Part shown: positions 31,109 to 41,499 of the stretch, one piece after another
Position numbering within the stretch: position 1 is the stretch's first letter
Layout of the letters: each line of letters starts with the position of its first letter
Position numbers and translations under genes: made by a program
NCBI GenBank assembly: GCA_036170915.1
Contig: JAVHQC010000022.1
Span: forward strand, 64,001 to 128,000
Direction: 5' to 3'
Length of the DNA stretch: 64,000 bases
Source: Cyanobacteria bacterium auto_48_18
GTDB taxonomy: Bacteria; Cyanobacteriota; Vampirovibrionia; Obscuribacterales; Obscuribacteraceae
Notes under the pieces: generated by a model
What the model was told of the DNA's origin: nothing
Seen by the model: the letters and a program-made list of their open reading frames with translations, nothing else
The model's database searches: none

Positions 31109-31525
31109 TTAGGAAATATTGTTTGCGGCCGGCAATTTATGTTGAATGCTTTTGATCAATTTGCCTGATGCGTCATAGATTTGCCATTCGCCCACTTTTT
31201 TGTCGGCAATGTATTGACCTTGATCACTCAGCTGTCCGTTTGGATGATAGCGTTTCCAAAGGCCAGTTTTTTTCTGATCGGTGTCAAAGCCGCCTGTTTG
31301 CATAAGTTCGCCATTTTCGCGATACCAGGTCCATTCGCCTACCAGTTTGTCGTTTCTATAGCGGCCACTGGCCTTGAGATTGCCGTTGGCCAAATAATAT
31401 TTCCATTCGCCGGTTTTTTCACCATTTTGAAATTCACCAACGTTATCAATCGCCCCATTTTTAAACAAAACGGTGTGGATGCCGTTTTTCAGTTTTCCAT
31501 TTTTATCGATTTTGTTGTTTTTCAT
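31109..31525 (-). CDS. MORN-variant repeat protein (YwqK-like)
   Basis: Repeated GEWxxYxxNGxL motifs. Confidence 0.88.
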   Translation of the reverse strand: MKNNKIDKNGKLKNGIHTVLFKNGAIDNVGEFQNGEKTGEWKYYLANGNLKASGRYRNDKLVGEWTWYRENGELMQTGGFDTDQKKTGLWKRYHPNGQLSDQGQYIADKKVGEWQIYDASGKLIKSIQHKLPAANNIS

Positions 31526-32832
31526 TTTATTTGCCAGTCTTTAATTAACTCAGTTTTTTTTGCGTCATCAATCACCTGGGCCGTCCGAGTGATGGTGGGC
31601 TCGACAGTGGCAACCTCTTTCTGCCAGAGCAAAGTTTTCAAAACATTTCGCCGCTGATTGACGGTAATTATGGTTTGCACTTTTACCAGGTTGGCTTGAG
31701 GATACAACTTGACCGCATAATTTGCAGCAGCAATTAGATCATTATCGGTACTGCCTTCAAGCAGCCAGCCCGTGGGCTTGATGTATAAAGTTTCTCCCGA
31801 GACCGTCACTGCTAAGCTCATGCCGTCTACTTTTTGCCTCATGATAAACATGCCATAAGTCCACGGCGTGCGGTCAAAAAGCGTCAACACATCATTAGCA
31901 GGACCACCTGGCAAGTAGATGCGCAGGGGCATGAGCAGCATCAGGGCAATCAGTGAGCCGCAAAGCACCATATTTAGTGCCGAAAGCGACAGATTTGTGA
32001 GCGCAGCTGTGTCGTTAGCAGATGCCGCCGCTGCCGTGGGGCGCTTGTTAAAGAATGCCAGATAGCCGGTCCACATCACCAGGCTAAAAATTCCAATTAT
32101 AGGTTCCATGGTAACCATGATGCCGCCGTGAAAAAGCACGCCGATGATGGCAGTAGCCAGCCTGGTTCTTGCAAAGCAAAGGCCCAATGCTAAATATGTT
32201 TCCACCACCAGAATCATCCACGAGAAAGTTGCCCAGGCAAATATGGGCATTTTCAGAGCGGCAAATAGAGGTTTAAAGATGTCGTTGGCGGCAAAACCGT
32301 CAGCAAAGAATGACGAAAAACTATAACCTTGCAAGAAATCGGGATAGGTCAATTTCTGCAACACGCCGAGCAAATAACAGCTGACAATAGCTACTTGAAT
32401 CAGACGACGACTGGGAGTCTTTGCACTCTTCGAGTCGTCTAATGCCAGGGCAAGTAAGAAACAAAATGGCAGAATAACCCAGTGGAAGCAGGCAACCAGC
32501 CATTCTCTAGCGCAATAGTATAAAATTACTGCCGCCATAAATAAATACAGAGTGCGACGCTGTACTCCGGCCATGAGAGCAAGGGCTGCCACCGTATAGA
32601 GTGCAAAGATGATGATGTTAACCGGCTCCGGCGGTAGTGGCACCGCTAAGAAATGCCAGTTCATTAACCAGGTCGGTACGTTGTATGGCATCAGGTAAAT
32701 GCCGCCGCTACCGGCATGGCTGAAGAACCAGATGAATGGCTCAATTAGAAGAGCAAGCAGACCGGTGAGCCTTGATATCAGGCCGGTGAATCCTCTGGGT
32801 AAATACAACCAGTCAGCAAATTTTCCGCTCAT
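31522..32832 (-). CDS. HTTM-domain membrane protein (VKGC-like TM module)
   Basis: Y..GVLQKL..DFLQG, ETYLALGL, GVLFH.GI...IGIFS pattern. Confidence 0.7.
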   Translation of the reverse strand: MSGKFADWLYLPRGFTGLISRLTGLLALLIEPFIWFFSHAGSGGIYLMPYNVPTWLMNWHFLAVPLPPEPVNIIIFALYTVAALALMAGVQRRTLYLFMAAVILYYCAREWLVACFHWVILPFCFLLALALDDSKSAKTPSRRLIQVAIVSCYLLGVLQKLTYPDFLQGYSFSSFFADGFAANDIFKPLFAALKMPIFAWATFSWMILVVETYLALGLCFARTRLATAIIGVLFHGGIMVTMEPIIGIFSLVMWTGYLAFFNKRPTAAAASANDTAALTNLSLSALNMVLCGSLIALMLLMPLRIYLPGGPANDVLTLFDRTPWTYGMFIMRQKVDGMSLAVTVSGETLYIKPTGWLLEGSTDNDLIAAANYAVKLYPQANLVKVQTIITVNQRRNVLKTLLWQKEVATVEPTITRTAQVIDDAKKTELIKDWQIK

Positions 32833-32840
32833 AAATGATT

Positions 32841-33917
32841 TTAGCTACCTTGCTGGGCCGCTTGTTTCAGTAGTTCACGATTGCTAAAGGTAATTGGCAT
32901 GGCGTAGGCTTGAGCGATTGTGGCTACGGGCGGGCCCACCACGTCTATGTCAGCCACCTCAATATTGCCCACCACAATGCCTGCCATTTTGATGTAATCA
33001 ATTTCGTGGGGATTAATTTGCATAAGCCGTGCACAAGTAGCGTCTACGGCGGCCAAGTCTTGTCCGACAATAATGTAGCCCATGTGTTTGGCGGTGCCGT
33101 TGATAGGGCCGTCGCCTTCCATGGTGGTGATACCGTCCACAAAGGCAAAAGCTGGTTTAACTAGATGCTGTAAATCGAGAATAGAATGAGGAATGCCTTT
33201 GATGTGCAACAGATTTTTGGGCCAACCATATTTGCGGCCCGGAACTACACCGAAAAGGTTTTTCATGCTGCAAGTAACACCTACCCAGTGATGCGTCTTC
33301 AACTTTGGCACGCTTACCACCGCGTCAGCCTCAACAATTGTTTTGGGCAAGAAAAACTTTTCGAGTTTGGTAAAGCCGCCGTGATTATCAAGTTCGACAA
33401 TATCGTCGAGGTTTAGGTCGACAAAAGGCACTTCCATATCTTTACAGGCTTTGCCCAGGCCTGTGGCGTCAAGCAGATATTCGGTATCGCGCATGTGACC
33501 AGGCCCTTCGGCGACAGTTACTCTGGCGGCGCCCAGATGTCTGACTAGTTTAATAGCGGCAATAAGCACCGCCGGATTTGTCGTAACTGGCTTGCCTTCT
33601 CGATATTCCACCATATTAGGCTTGAGCACCACTGATTTATTTTTGAAATTCGGCAGTTTTAAACCAGCCAGTTCAGGCTTGATAATTTCAAAGATATCGT
33701 GCTCATATGATGGGCAAGGCAGTAAACCAACCTGTGAGCGACCCTGTCTGCGTCTGGATTTTTGCTCTGCAGTAACTGCTTCTTCGAAGCTCCGTGTTAA
33801 CTGCTGAGCAGGAGCATTGCAACTATTGAGGGCACCAGCGGTGGTTGCAGCAGCAGCGGTAGCGGCCGCAACTTTGAGAAAGTCTCTTCTGTTGATATCG
33901 TTTTGATCGTCGCTCAA
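32841..33917 (-). CDS. DUF362 domain protein with Tat signal and lipobox
   Basis: RRDFLK...LNSC; LKPN, TTNP, VAEG, PKLKTH, MKNLFG, MEGDGP. Confidence 0.9.
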   Translation of the reverse strand: MSDDQNDINRRDFLKVAAATAAAATTAGALNSCNAPAQQLTRSFEEAVTAEQKSRRRQGRSQVGLLPCPSYEHDIFEIIKPELAGLKLPNFKNKSVVLKPNMVEYREGKPVTTNPAVLIAAIKLVRHLGAARVTVAEGPGHMRDTEYLLDATGLGKACKDMEVPFVDLNLDDIVELDNHGGFTKLEKFFLPKTIVEADAVVSVPKLKTHHWVGVTCSMKNLFGVVPGRKYGWPKNLLHIKGIPHSILDLQHLVKPAFAFVDGITTMEGDGPINGTAKHMGYIIVGQDLAAVDATCARLMQINPHEIDYIKMAGIVVGNIEVADIDVVGPPVATIAQAYAMPITFSNRELLKQAAQQGS

Positions 33918-33927
33918 AGAGCCATAC

Positions 33928-34980
33928 CTACTTATTGCTGTTGACTGCTATTGCTTTTTTATACTTTAGTACATGGTTGGCCGGTTCGGCGGCCGCTTCA
34001 AACGCCAGAGCGGCAATGGCAGTAGGAATGAGAGCGGCATTGAAACTGCCATCGGGCGCTTGTCTTTTCAACAAAAAATGCAACTCTTGATCCACCGGCA
34101 AATCATACGCAGATAGGCTCAGGGCTGAGTATGCCACTGAAAGACTGGAGCTATCCAGTGCAGATTGTGACTGCAAATATTTCAGCGCCGCTTGCACTTT
34201 TTCCGTGCTTTTCAGGTCTTGTAAAGCCAGTAGGGCTTCGGCGGTGGTTAATCTGTAAGAGGGCAAATCGGAGCCCAGGGTGCGAGCATTGCCGTGATTC
34301 CAACCACCGTCTTTGCAAGCGTTTTCTGTAATAAATTGATTGGCAAAGCCAATAACGCGGTCATAAAGTTCACTGTCTGGTACACGGGGAAATTTCAGAG
34401 CCATCAGACAGTAAGATGTGGGCTCAATCCAGTGGAAACAACCCGGATACCATGGCCAGCCTCGGGCGTATGCTAGAGCGCCAGGGCCCCGGCCAAGCAT
34501 CAAGACCAGGCGACCAACAGCACCATAAAATTCGGTGCGGCTGTCTAATAAATGTACCAATCCGTTTTTGATCGATTTTTTTACATCAGGTTGTTCGGCT
34601 AGCTGAGCGTGTTGCTCACTGAGTAGACGCAGGGCAAGCATTGCTGGCCCTGAATTCCAATCGGAACGGCCGGCACCAGGTTCGGTGGAATCACCTCCGT
34701 CTTTATTTTGACTCCCTACTATAAAGAGAGCGGCAGATTTAGCTACAGCAGCGTCGTGCCTTAGGGCGAGAGCGGCCCAGGCTGTGGCTTCTAATGAAGG
34801 TTGACCACCAGCTTTATAAGGAAACCATCCGTATTTATGGTCGCCAGCAGGAGCGCCGACCAACCCGACTTTCTGGTTGCGACTCAGAAACGAGAGAGCT
34901 TTGGCGCGCGCAGTTGTGATTTCGCTTTGACTGGGAGCTGCCAATCGCTTGATTCCTTTTGTATAGTGTTTAAAAACCAC
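33928..34980 (-). CDS. Prenyltransferase/squalene-oxidase repeat (alpha/alpha barrel) protein
   Basis: QNKDGG, DGGWNHGN, RQAPDGSF repeats; TAWAALAL. Confidence 0.8.
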   Translation of the reverse strand: MVFKHYTKGIKRLAAPSQSEITTARAKALSFLSRNQKVGLVGAPAGDHKYGWFPYKAGGQPSLEATAWAALALRHDAAVAKSAALFIVGSQNKDGGDSTEPGAGRSDWNSGPAMLALRLLSEQHAQLAEQPDVKKSIKNGLVHLLDSRTEFYGAVGRLVLMLGRGPGALAYARGWPWYPGCFHWIEPTSYCLMALKFPRVPDSELYDRVIGFANQFITENACKDGGWNHGNARTLGSDLPSYRLTTAEALLALQDLKSTEKVQAALKYLQSQSALDSSSLSVAYSALSLSAYDLPVDQELHFLLKRQAPDGSFNAALIPTAIAALAFEAAAEPANHVLKYKKAIAVNSNK

Positions 34981-35435
34981 TTTTAAAACTATTGTAGGTC
35001 CTGGACTGCTGATTTGAAGGCAACTCCGCCATTCAACACACAGCGTGTAAACAATCTCTTAATAATTCGACGGTGACTGGTGCACGATTTCGAAGATTTT
35101 TTGAGCAAATGTATTCTGCGATACAGAAATATCCATGGCAGGCACTAGGCAGCCGAGAGATGTCAAGCTAAGATCGAAGAGTTGGTGATGCCGAACGCCT
35201 GCGAGGCAAGCGGTGACACAGATTCCTATTCCTGGTCGGGTGTTAGATAACTGGAGTAGTGGGTAAAACCAATTCGGAGGTCGTTTTATAGAATAAGTCG
35301 ATTTCTATTTTCTTTTTAGAGTTACTAAGTCAATCAGTTTTTACGTTTTCAAGGTGTATGTTTCAGGCGACGAATCCATCCAGATTCAATGTTGCGTGTA
35401 ATATATATCCTTCGAATCCGTTGCAGGAGGTACGC

Positions 35436-35645
35436 ATGAGCGAAACAATTAACAAGTTCATTAATGACGAGTCAGGACAGGGTATTACAGAATATGGCGC
35501 CATCTTGGCATTCGTTGCCATTCTCGTAGCTGTTGTGTTCTCAATCACCCAAGGTGCATTGTCATCTGCGATTTCCAAAGCGTTCAGCGCTGTGGTCAGC
35601 CAGTTGAACGCCTTGTCAGCCGCCGCTGCATCAGCTTCATCATAA
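35436..35645 (+). CDS. flp: Flp/Fap type IVb(c) pilin
   Basis: AGGAGG SD; DESG/QGITEYG prepilin motif and hydrophobic helix. Confidence 0.93.
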   Translation: MSETINKFINDESGQGITEYGAILAFVAILVAVVFSITQGALSSAISKAFSAVVSQLNALSAAAASASS

Positions 35646-35709
35646 CTTCGTTACGATCTAGCGTGACGCTGCCGCTCTTTATGAAAGGCTGTGTCAATCA
35701 GTGATCTTG

Positions 35710-35755
35710 AAAAATGGTGGCAGGTGTTTTTCATCTGCCACCATTTTTATTTTTT
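35710..35755 (+). terminator. Intrinsic terminator after flp1
   Basis: aaaaatggtggcag...ctgccaccattttt hairpin plus T-tract. Confidence 0.8.
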
Positions 35756-35825
35756 CGAATTCATGACATCTGGAAGCGCAGGCAAGCGCTCTTGACATGG
35801 CTTTGCCAATCTCCGGGGGGCGATT

Positions 35826-36059
35826 GTGTATTTTTCAACATTCAAAACTTGCAGCGATTTAGTTAAGAGATTTTTCAGCGACGAAGAAGCCCAGGGAATT
35901 ACAGAGTACGGGGCGATTCTGGCCTTTGTCTCTTTGCTTGTGGCCCTTACCTTCGGATTTACCAGCGGCTCTTTACTGCCTGCCCTGTCGAGCGCTTTCA
36001 AGGCTGTGGCCAGCCAGCTCAATGCTCTTGCAGACAGCGCCACTTCAGCGTCTTCATAG
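35826..36059 (+). CDS. flp: Second Flp pilin
   Basis: DEEA/QGITEYG motif; paralog of flp1. Confidence 0.9.
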   Translation: MYFSTFKTCSDLVKRFFSDEEAQGITEYGAILAFVSLLVALTFGFTSGSLLPALSSAFKAVASQLNALADSATSASS

Positions 36060-36075
36060 CACCAGAGATTCTGTC

Positions 36076-36114
36076 TTGCCACCATCTTGTCCTCGTGACA
36101 TGGTGGCAATTTTT
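36076..36114 (+). terminator. Intrinsic terminator after flp2
   Basis: ttgccaccat...atggtggcaa plus T-tract. Confidence 0.65.
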
Positions 36115-36499
36115 ATCTATGTGGTGATCCGAGTTAAATTGAAAGTGGCAGAAACAGTCACTTTTACCAGACGCTCAGTGAGACTACGACTGATCATTCC
36201 TATTAACAGCTTGTAAAAAAATCGAGCGAAAGCCGCTGATTATCAGTAACCTGTACAAATGGTTTGTCAGGTGTTCTGAGTGATGTCAGGATAATACAAA
36301 ACTTGACACTTGCGCGGTTTGGCGCCCTCACCGGAAACCAAGCGCTAGGATAGCCTGTAAACTTCGAAGGTTAAATTACCGCTTCCAAGGGTACAAAATT
36401 TTTGGGTGCGGGCAAGGGCAGGCGTTGTCCTTGTTTGGCTGATGTGCGTTAATAGTAAGTGGTTAATCTTTCTCACCAGAAAGAATAGGGGGATCCGTA

Positions 36500-37459
36500 A
36501 TGAACCCATTACGAAGTTTGTTTCTACAGTTATCTCGAATGCCTCCAGCGTTAATGTTGGTGCTCATTATCGGTTTGGCTGTGCTTATTACCATGATGGT
36601 TACAAGCAACCAGACTGCTCAAGAGCAAGCTCTGAAGGCAAAAGAGTCAGACCTGATCGCTAAAATGAGCGCTAAGGGTAAAGTGGTTTATGCCATTAAG
36701 GATATTCCTGAAGGCTCTACCATTCCAGTTGAAGCTCTAGAAGAAAAGGAAATCGAGCAGGCTAAAATCCCGCAAGACGCCCTTACCTCTGCTTCACTCG
36801 CTGCTGGCCGCGTTGCCAAATACGGCATCCAGACCGGACAAATCGTTTCTCAGCATGACCTTGCACCGCAGGGAATTTCGCTGGGATTCGAAGCTAGACT
36901 GAAAGAAGGCATGAGAGCTGTTACCTTCGCGGTTGACAGTAACTCTGGTGTTGCTGGTTTCGTTACCCCTGAGAGCCACGTCGATGTAATCGCCATGGTT
37001 GGATCGGCTGGTGATACTAAAGTAGCTCCAATCCTTTCTGACGTTGAAGTTATCGCAGTAGGCCAGATGTACCAGAAAGCTCCAGGCGGCACCGCTGCTG
37101 TACCAGCTAGCTCAGTCACTGTGTCACTGTCGCCTGAAGATGCTAACAAGCTGATCAGATCGATCACCGCTTCCAAGCTCTATTTGACCTTGAGAAACGA
37201 CAAAGATCACCAACCGGTTGCAACTGTTGACGTTACTTCGCTCTTCGTTAAGCCACCAGCTCCGAAGTCTGATCTTTCGTCCTTGCCACCACCATCTGCC
37301 TTACCTCCACCCCCACTGCCCGGAGCTCCTGATGCAGGTCCGATGCCTATGGGTGGCCCTGGTATGATGCCTAACGCGGCACCACCGCCTCCACCATTGC
37401 ATGAAATTGAGATCTGGTCCGGTAGTAAGAAAGACGTTCTTTCCGTTCCAAAATCGTAA
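36500..37459 (+). CDS. cpaB: Flp pilus assembly protein CpaB/RcpC
   Basis: N-terminal TM, SAF domain, GMRAVT...GVAGFV.P..HVDVI; Pro-rich tail. Confidence 0.92.
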   Translation: MNPLRSLFLQLSRMPPALMLVLIIGLAVLITMMVTSNQTAQEQALKAKESDLIAKMSAKGKVVYAIKDIPEGSTIPVEALEEKEIEQAKIPQDALTSASLAAGRVAKYGIQTGQIVSQHDLAPQGISLGFEARLKEGMRAVTFAVDSNSGVAGFVTPESHVDVIAMVGSAGDTKVAPILSDVEVIAVGQMYQKAPGGTAAVPASSVTVSLSPEDANKLIRSITASKLYLTLRNDKDHQPVATVDVTSLFVKPPAPKSDLSSLPPPSALPPPPLPGAPDAGPMPMGGPGMMPNAAPPPPPLHEIEIWSGSKKDVLSVPKS

Positions 37460-37570
37460 TTTCGTCGTATTGATGGAATATACATAAAACGTACAAAGTA
37501 CATATGGATAAAGCTAAGCTATTGGGTAAAACCTAGTTAGGGCTGTCGGCAAAGGGAGAAAGCTGAAGCT

Positions 37571-38755
37571 ATGAAACTGACCACACTGCTCGTATGTGAT
37601 GCAGGTTTGGACAAACGCCAAACCATTGAAGATCTGATTCACAGTCAACCATCGTTGGCTCTGGTCAGCACCGTCTCTGGAAGTATGGCGCGCGAACAAA
37701 TCGGCAGCTTACACCCAAAATTGGTGTGGATTGAGCTCAGTCCAGCCCCTGTGCGCGGACTTTCGTTGTTGGCAGAGTTGCGGGAAACTTTCCCGCAACT
37801 CTACTTCTTCGTTAGCTATGAAGTTCCAGACCCTGAGTTGATCCGCACTGCGTATCGACTCGGGGCTTCTGACTTCCTTGATGCAGAACGCTGGCGTACT
37901 GACCTTCCAGCCGCCGTTCAATCAATTCAGTTGAAGCATCAATCTGAATCTGTCTCTACTGCTGCCGGCAAAGTTATCGGCATCTTTAGCCCCACTGGTG
38001 GTATCGGTGCCACCACCATCTGTACGAACCTGGCTGGTTATCTCGGTAAGTATGGCGAAACTTGCATCGTCGACCTCGACTTGCAATTCGGTATGGTTTC
38101 GCATTACCTCAACCTTGAGCCTTCGTTCAGTTTGAGCACCATCGACTTTTCACACACAAACTTCGACGCTACTTATCTGCGCAACCTGATGACACGGTAC
38201 GACGATAAGTTGAGCATCCTCGCAGCACCACCGGAACTTGAAGATATCGGTGACATCTATGCTGCGCAGGTGCAGGAAATTCTCTATACCTCGAAACAGG
38301 AATTCCGTTTCACAGTTGTAGACCTGCCCAAAAACTTGCTCGATGAACGCGCTATCGCGACTCTCGACTTGGCCGACCATGTACTTGTTATCACTGAGTA
38401 CAACTGGGCAGCTATTTTGAATGCTCGCAAGTGCCTCGATACGTTCAAGGCCCACTACAACCAGGAGAAACTCCTGCTCACAGTCAACAGATCAGAATGG
38501 TTGCCCCAAGACGTTCTTAGCGAATGTCGTGCCAACTTGAACTATCCTGTTTTCCATGAGATCCCTAACGATACTAAGACTGCTAAGTGGGTTAACAACC
38601 AGGGTCAGATCGCCCCTGCGCATACTCCACTAGGTAAAGCACTCGACTCACTGGCCAGACGACTGGCTGGTGGTGAGCAACTTCTGTTGACTCAGAAAAA
38701 CGATGGCGAAAAAGCAGGATTCAAACTACCGGCGATCTTCGGCAAGAAAAAATAA
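37571..38755 (+). CDS. cpaE: Pilus assembly ParA/MinD-like ATPase CpaE/TadZ with receiver-like N-domain
   Basis: Deviant Walker A SPTGGIGATT, VDLDLQFG; tad context. Confidence 0.88.
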   Translation: MKLTTLLVCDAGLDKRQTIEDLIHSQPSLALVSTVSGSMAREQIGSLHPKLVWIELSPAPVRGLSLLAELRETFPQLYFFVSYEVPDPELIRTAYRLGASDFLDAERWRTDLPAAVQSIQLKHQSESVSTAAGKVIGIFSPTGGIGATTICTNLAGYLGKYGETCIVDLDLQFGMVSHYLNLEPSFSLSTIDFSHTNFDATYLRNLMTRYDDKLSILAAPPELEDIGDIYAAQVQEILYTSKQEFRFTVVDLPKNLLDERAIATLDLADHVLVITEYNWAAILNARKCLDTFKAHYNQEKLLLTVNRSEWLPQDVLSECRANLNYPVFHEIPNDTKTAKWVNNQGQIAPAHTPLGKALDSLARRLAGGEQLLLTQKNDGEKAGFKLPAIFGKKK

Positions 38756-38772
38756 ATAAGGTGGGCTTCTAA

Positions 38773-40419
38773 ATGGGTGACGAAAGAAAGGATCAAAATC
38801 TACCGGCACGACCCACATCTTCACTAATGGGACAGTTAGTCCGGCAGCGGCAGGCGTCAGAAGTGGTGCCTGCTCAGCAGCAGAATACCGGTCTTCAAGG
38901 TGGAGCTCAGGGCACAGGTGTTGGAGCCAGACCAGGTTCCGGACCAGCTCCAGGGCAAAGCGGCATGGCCAGACCTGCTGGTGCAGCACCTAATACTGGT
39001 ATGTCTCAAGCGCGTCCGGGTGGTGGTGGAGTTCCTGCTACCGAAGGTCCGACACGCGGCGACATCGACAGAATCGACGCTAAAGACGAATACGGCAGTG
39101 GTGGTCATGGTGGCGGCGGCGGTGACGCAGGCCCTACCGATATTGGTGGTAAATTCTCCGCCAACCAGCAACTAATCCGCGAACGCGAAAAGTTCATCAT
39201 TGAACAACTGCGTAGAGAATTAGACACGTCTCGCTTGACGAATATTTCAGAAGATACACAAGCTCAAGTTAGAGCTCGTATCAGAGAAATCGTAAACTCA
39301 GACCCAGCTCCATTGACCATGATGGAGAAGGGTATTTTGCTGCAGAACGTCTTGGATGAAGTGTTTGGTTTCGGCCCACTTGGTCCTCTGCTTCGCGACC
39401 CAAGCGTAGGCGACATCTGCGTCAACGGTATTGGTTCAATTTACGTAGAGCGTCACGGTCGTCTTGAAAAAACAGCAGTTGTTTTTGAAAACGACAGGCA
39501 CTTAAGACAGACCATCGACAAAATCATTCAGCCTCTGGGCAGAAGACTTGATGAAAACTCACCCATGGTTGACGCCCGTCTGCCAAACGGCTCACGGGTA
39601 AACGCCACCATTCCACCGGTGTCGATTGACGGTCCTACGATCACCATTCGATGTTTCGGTACGTCCATTATGTCCCTCGGCCAATTGTGCGAGAAGGGCT
39701 CAATGAGCGTGCAGATGGCTGAAGTTCTGAAGGCCTGCGTTAAGGGCCGGATTAACTTGATCATCTCAGGTGGTACAGGTTCAGGAAAAACCACACTGCT
39801 AAACGCACTGTCTGCGCACATCAACCCTCGCGAACGCATCATCACCATTGAGGACGCGGCGGAATTACGCTTACAGCACGAGCACTGGGTACGTATGGAA
39901 ACCCGTCCGCCAAACACAGAAGGACGCGGTCAAATCACACAACGGATGTTAGTTATTAACTGCCTCCGTATGCGACCTGACCGAATCATTCTAGGAGAAT
40001 GTCGGGGAGAAGAAGCGTTCGACATGTTGCAGGCCATGAACACAGGTCACAGCGGCTCCATGACTACGATTCACTCCAACAATCCTCGGGACTGCACTAA
40101 GCGTCTAGAAAACATGATTCTGATGTGCGGTATGGAAATGCCTCAGAAAGCTGCTCGCGAACTGATCGCATCAGCCATTCAAGTTATCGTGCAAATCAGC
40201 CGTCTTGAAGACGGTACCAGGCGCGTGACTGAAATCGCTGAGATAACCGGAATGGAAGGCGACACCATCGCCATTTCAAGCATGTTCACACTAGAACGTG
40301 AAGGCCGCGACGCCAGAGGCTTCTTCAAATGCCGTCACATGGGATCTGGACTACCACCCAAATTCCTGGAACAGCTGGAGCAAGAAGCGGTTCCCTTCAA
40401 GCTCGAGTGGCTTAGATAA
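38773..40419 (+). CDS. tadA: Tad secretion ATPase CpaF/TadA
   Basis: [36 protein letters not shown]. Confidence 0.95.
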   Translation: MGDERKDQNLPARPTSSLMGQLVRQRQASEVVPAQQQNTGLQGGAQGTGVGARPGSGPAPGQSGMARPAGAAPNTGMSQARPGGGGVPATEGPTRGDIDRIDAKDEYGSGGHGGGGGDAGPTDIGGKFSANQQLIREREKFIIEQLRRELDTSRLTNISEDTQAQVRARIREIVNSDPAPLTMMEKGILLQNVLDEVFGFGPLGPLLRDPSVGDICVNGIGSIYVERHGRLEKTAVVFENDRHLRQTIDKIIQPLGRRLDENSPMVDARLPNGSRVNATIPPVSIDGPTITIRCFGTSIMSLGQLCEKGSMSVQMAEVLKACVKGRINLIISGGTGSGKTTLLNALSAHINPRERIITIEDAAELRLQHEHWVRMETRPPNTEGRGQITQRMLVINCLRMRPDRIILGECRGEEAFDMLQAMNTGHSGSMTTIHSNNPRDCTKRLENMILMCGMEMPQKAARELIASAIQVIVQISRLEDGTRRVTEIAEITGMEGDTIAISSMFTLEREGRDARGFFKCRHMGSGLPPKFLEQLEQEAVPFKLEWLR

Positions 40420-40499
40420 ACCAAGATACGCAAGGACTGCTCTCATTGAAAAATGTGGGCAGTCCTATTTAGCAGTTAGAAAAGCAGAGTACGGAAAAG

Positions 40500-41432
40500 A
40501 TGAACCCAATACTATTGTGCGGATCAATAATCCTCGTCGGACTTCTTCTGATGACGCTTCTTCGTCGCAACAGCGTCGATCAGCTATCACGTCTGGCCAA
40601 GCATTCACGGCGTATGGCCGAGAAGCTGCATGATAAAGCCGACCCGGAAAGCATTTTCGTCACCCAGCGGGCTGACTACCTTTCGCGCTTGTTAGCTCAA
40701 GCTGGTAAAGAAGCCGAATACGACAAGATGAAAACTTACTGGATTTGCGCTGCCATCGGCACGGGAATTTTGTTTGCCATTGGTTTTGTGTTGGGCAATA
40801 TGGCCGAACTTTCACCGGTTGGTTTCTTCGTCGGTCTCCCTGTTGGTGCTGCTGGTTTCGTCTATTACCTGGGCGAAGTGGCCAAAAAGCGTCAGGCCAG
40901 AATGACCGAACAATTGCCGCAGATTCTAGAGACTATGGTGTCTGCGCTGAGAGCCGGTTCGCCGGTTATGGAAGTTTTCAAAGTTATTTCAGACACAGGC
41001 CCCGACCCAATTCGCGGCGAGTTCAAGCGTGGTCTTATTTCGCTGCAACTCGGTAAACCATTCAGAGACGTTATGGTTGAAATGTCTTACCGAATTAAGG
41101 CTCCCGACTTTAAGCTTTTGACCCAGGCCATTTTCATCTCGCAAGACGTGGGCGGAAACCTGGCCGACGTTGTTGCCACCATTGCCGATGCCATTCGTGA
41201 AAGATTCAAACTACGCGACTTCTTGAACGCTCTGACATCACAAGGTAAAGCTACAGCGTCATTCATCGGCTGCCTGCCTTATTTAATCACTGTGGGCACT
41301 TATTTCTTGACACCAGCTTATATGACTCCCTTTTTGAACCACCCAGTTGCTAGACTGGTAATGGTAGGTCTTGTCATCTGGGAGCTGATGGGTTTCTACA
41401 TTCTGCAAAAAATGGTGACCTTCGAGGTCTAA
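40500..41432 (+). CDS. tadB: Tad inner-membrane platform protein TadB
   Basis: T2SSF-like QLP..LE..ALRAG, GGNLADV; position after tadA. Confidence 0.9.
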   Translation: MNPILLCGSIILVGLLLMTLLRRNSVDQLSRLAKHSRRMAEKLHDKADPESIFVTQRADYLSRLLAQAGKEAEYDKMKTYWICAAIGTGILFAIGFVLGNMAELSPVGFFVGLPVGAAGFVYYLGEVAKKRQARMTEQLPQILETMVSALRAGSPVMEVFKVISDTGPDPIRGEFKRGLISLQLGKPFRDVMVEMSYRIKAPDFKLLTQAIFISQDVGGNLADVVATIADAIRERFKLRDFLNALTSQGKATASFIGCLPYLITVGTYFLTPAYMTPFLNHPVARLVMVGLVIWELMGFYILQKMVTFEV

Positions 41433-41499
41433 CTTTCAGACTCAATTCCCCAACTTCCACTTCCAGTTTCATTCCACCAGTTTCAAGGACGCTTCCATC

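Noticed and set aside
31109..31525. Toxin-antitoxin module (YwqK antitoxin label)
   Set aside because: Only a generic MORN-variant repeat; no adjacent toxin-like gene
34981..35435. c-di-GMP riboswitch upstream of flp
   Set aside because: Could not find the conserved GEMM stem/tetraloop-receptor pattern by eye
36302..36330. Sigma70 promoter from TTGACA
   Set aside because: No acceptable -10 element at 16-18 bp
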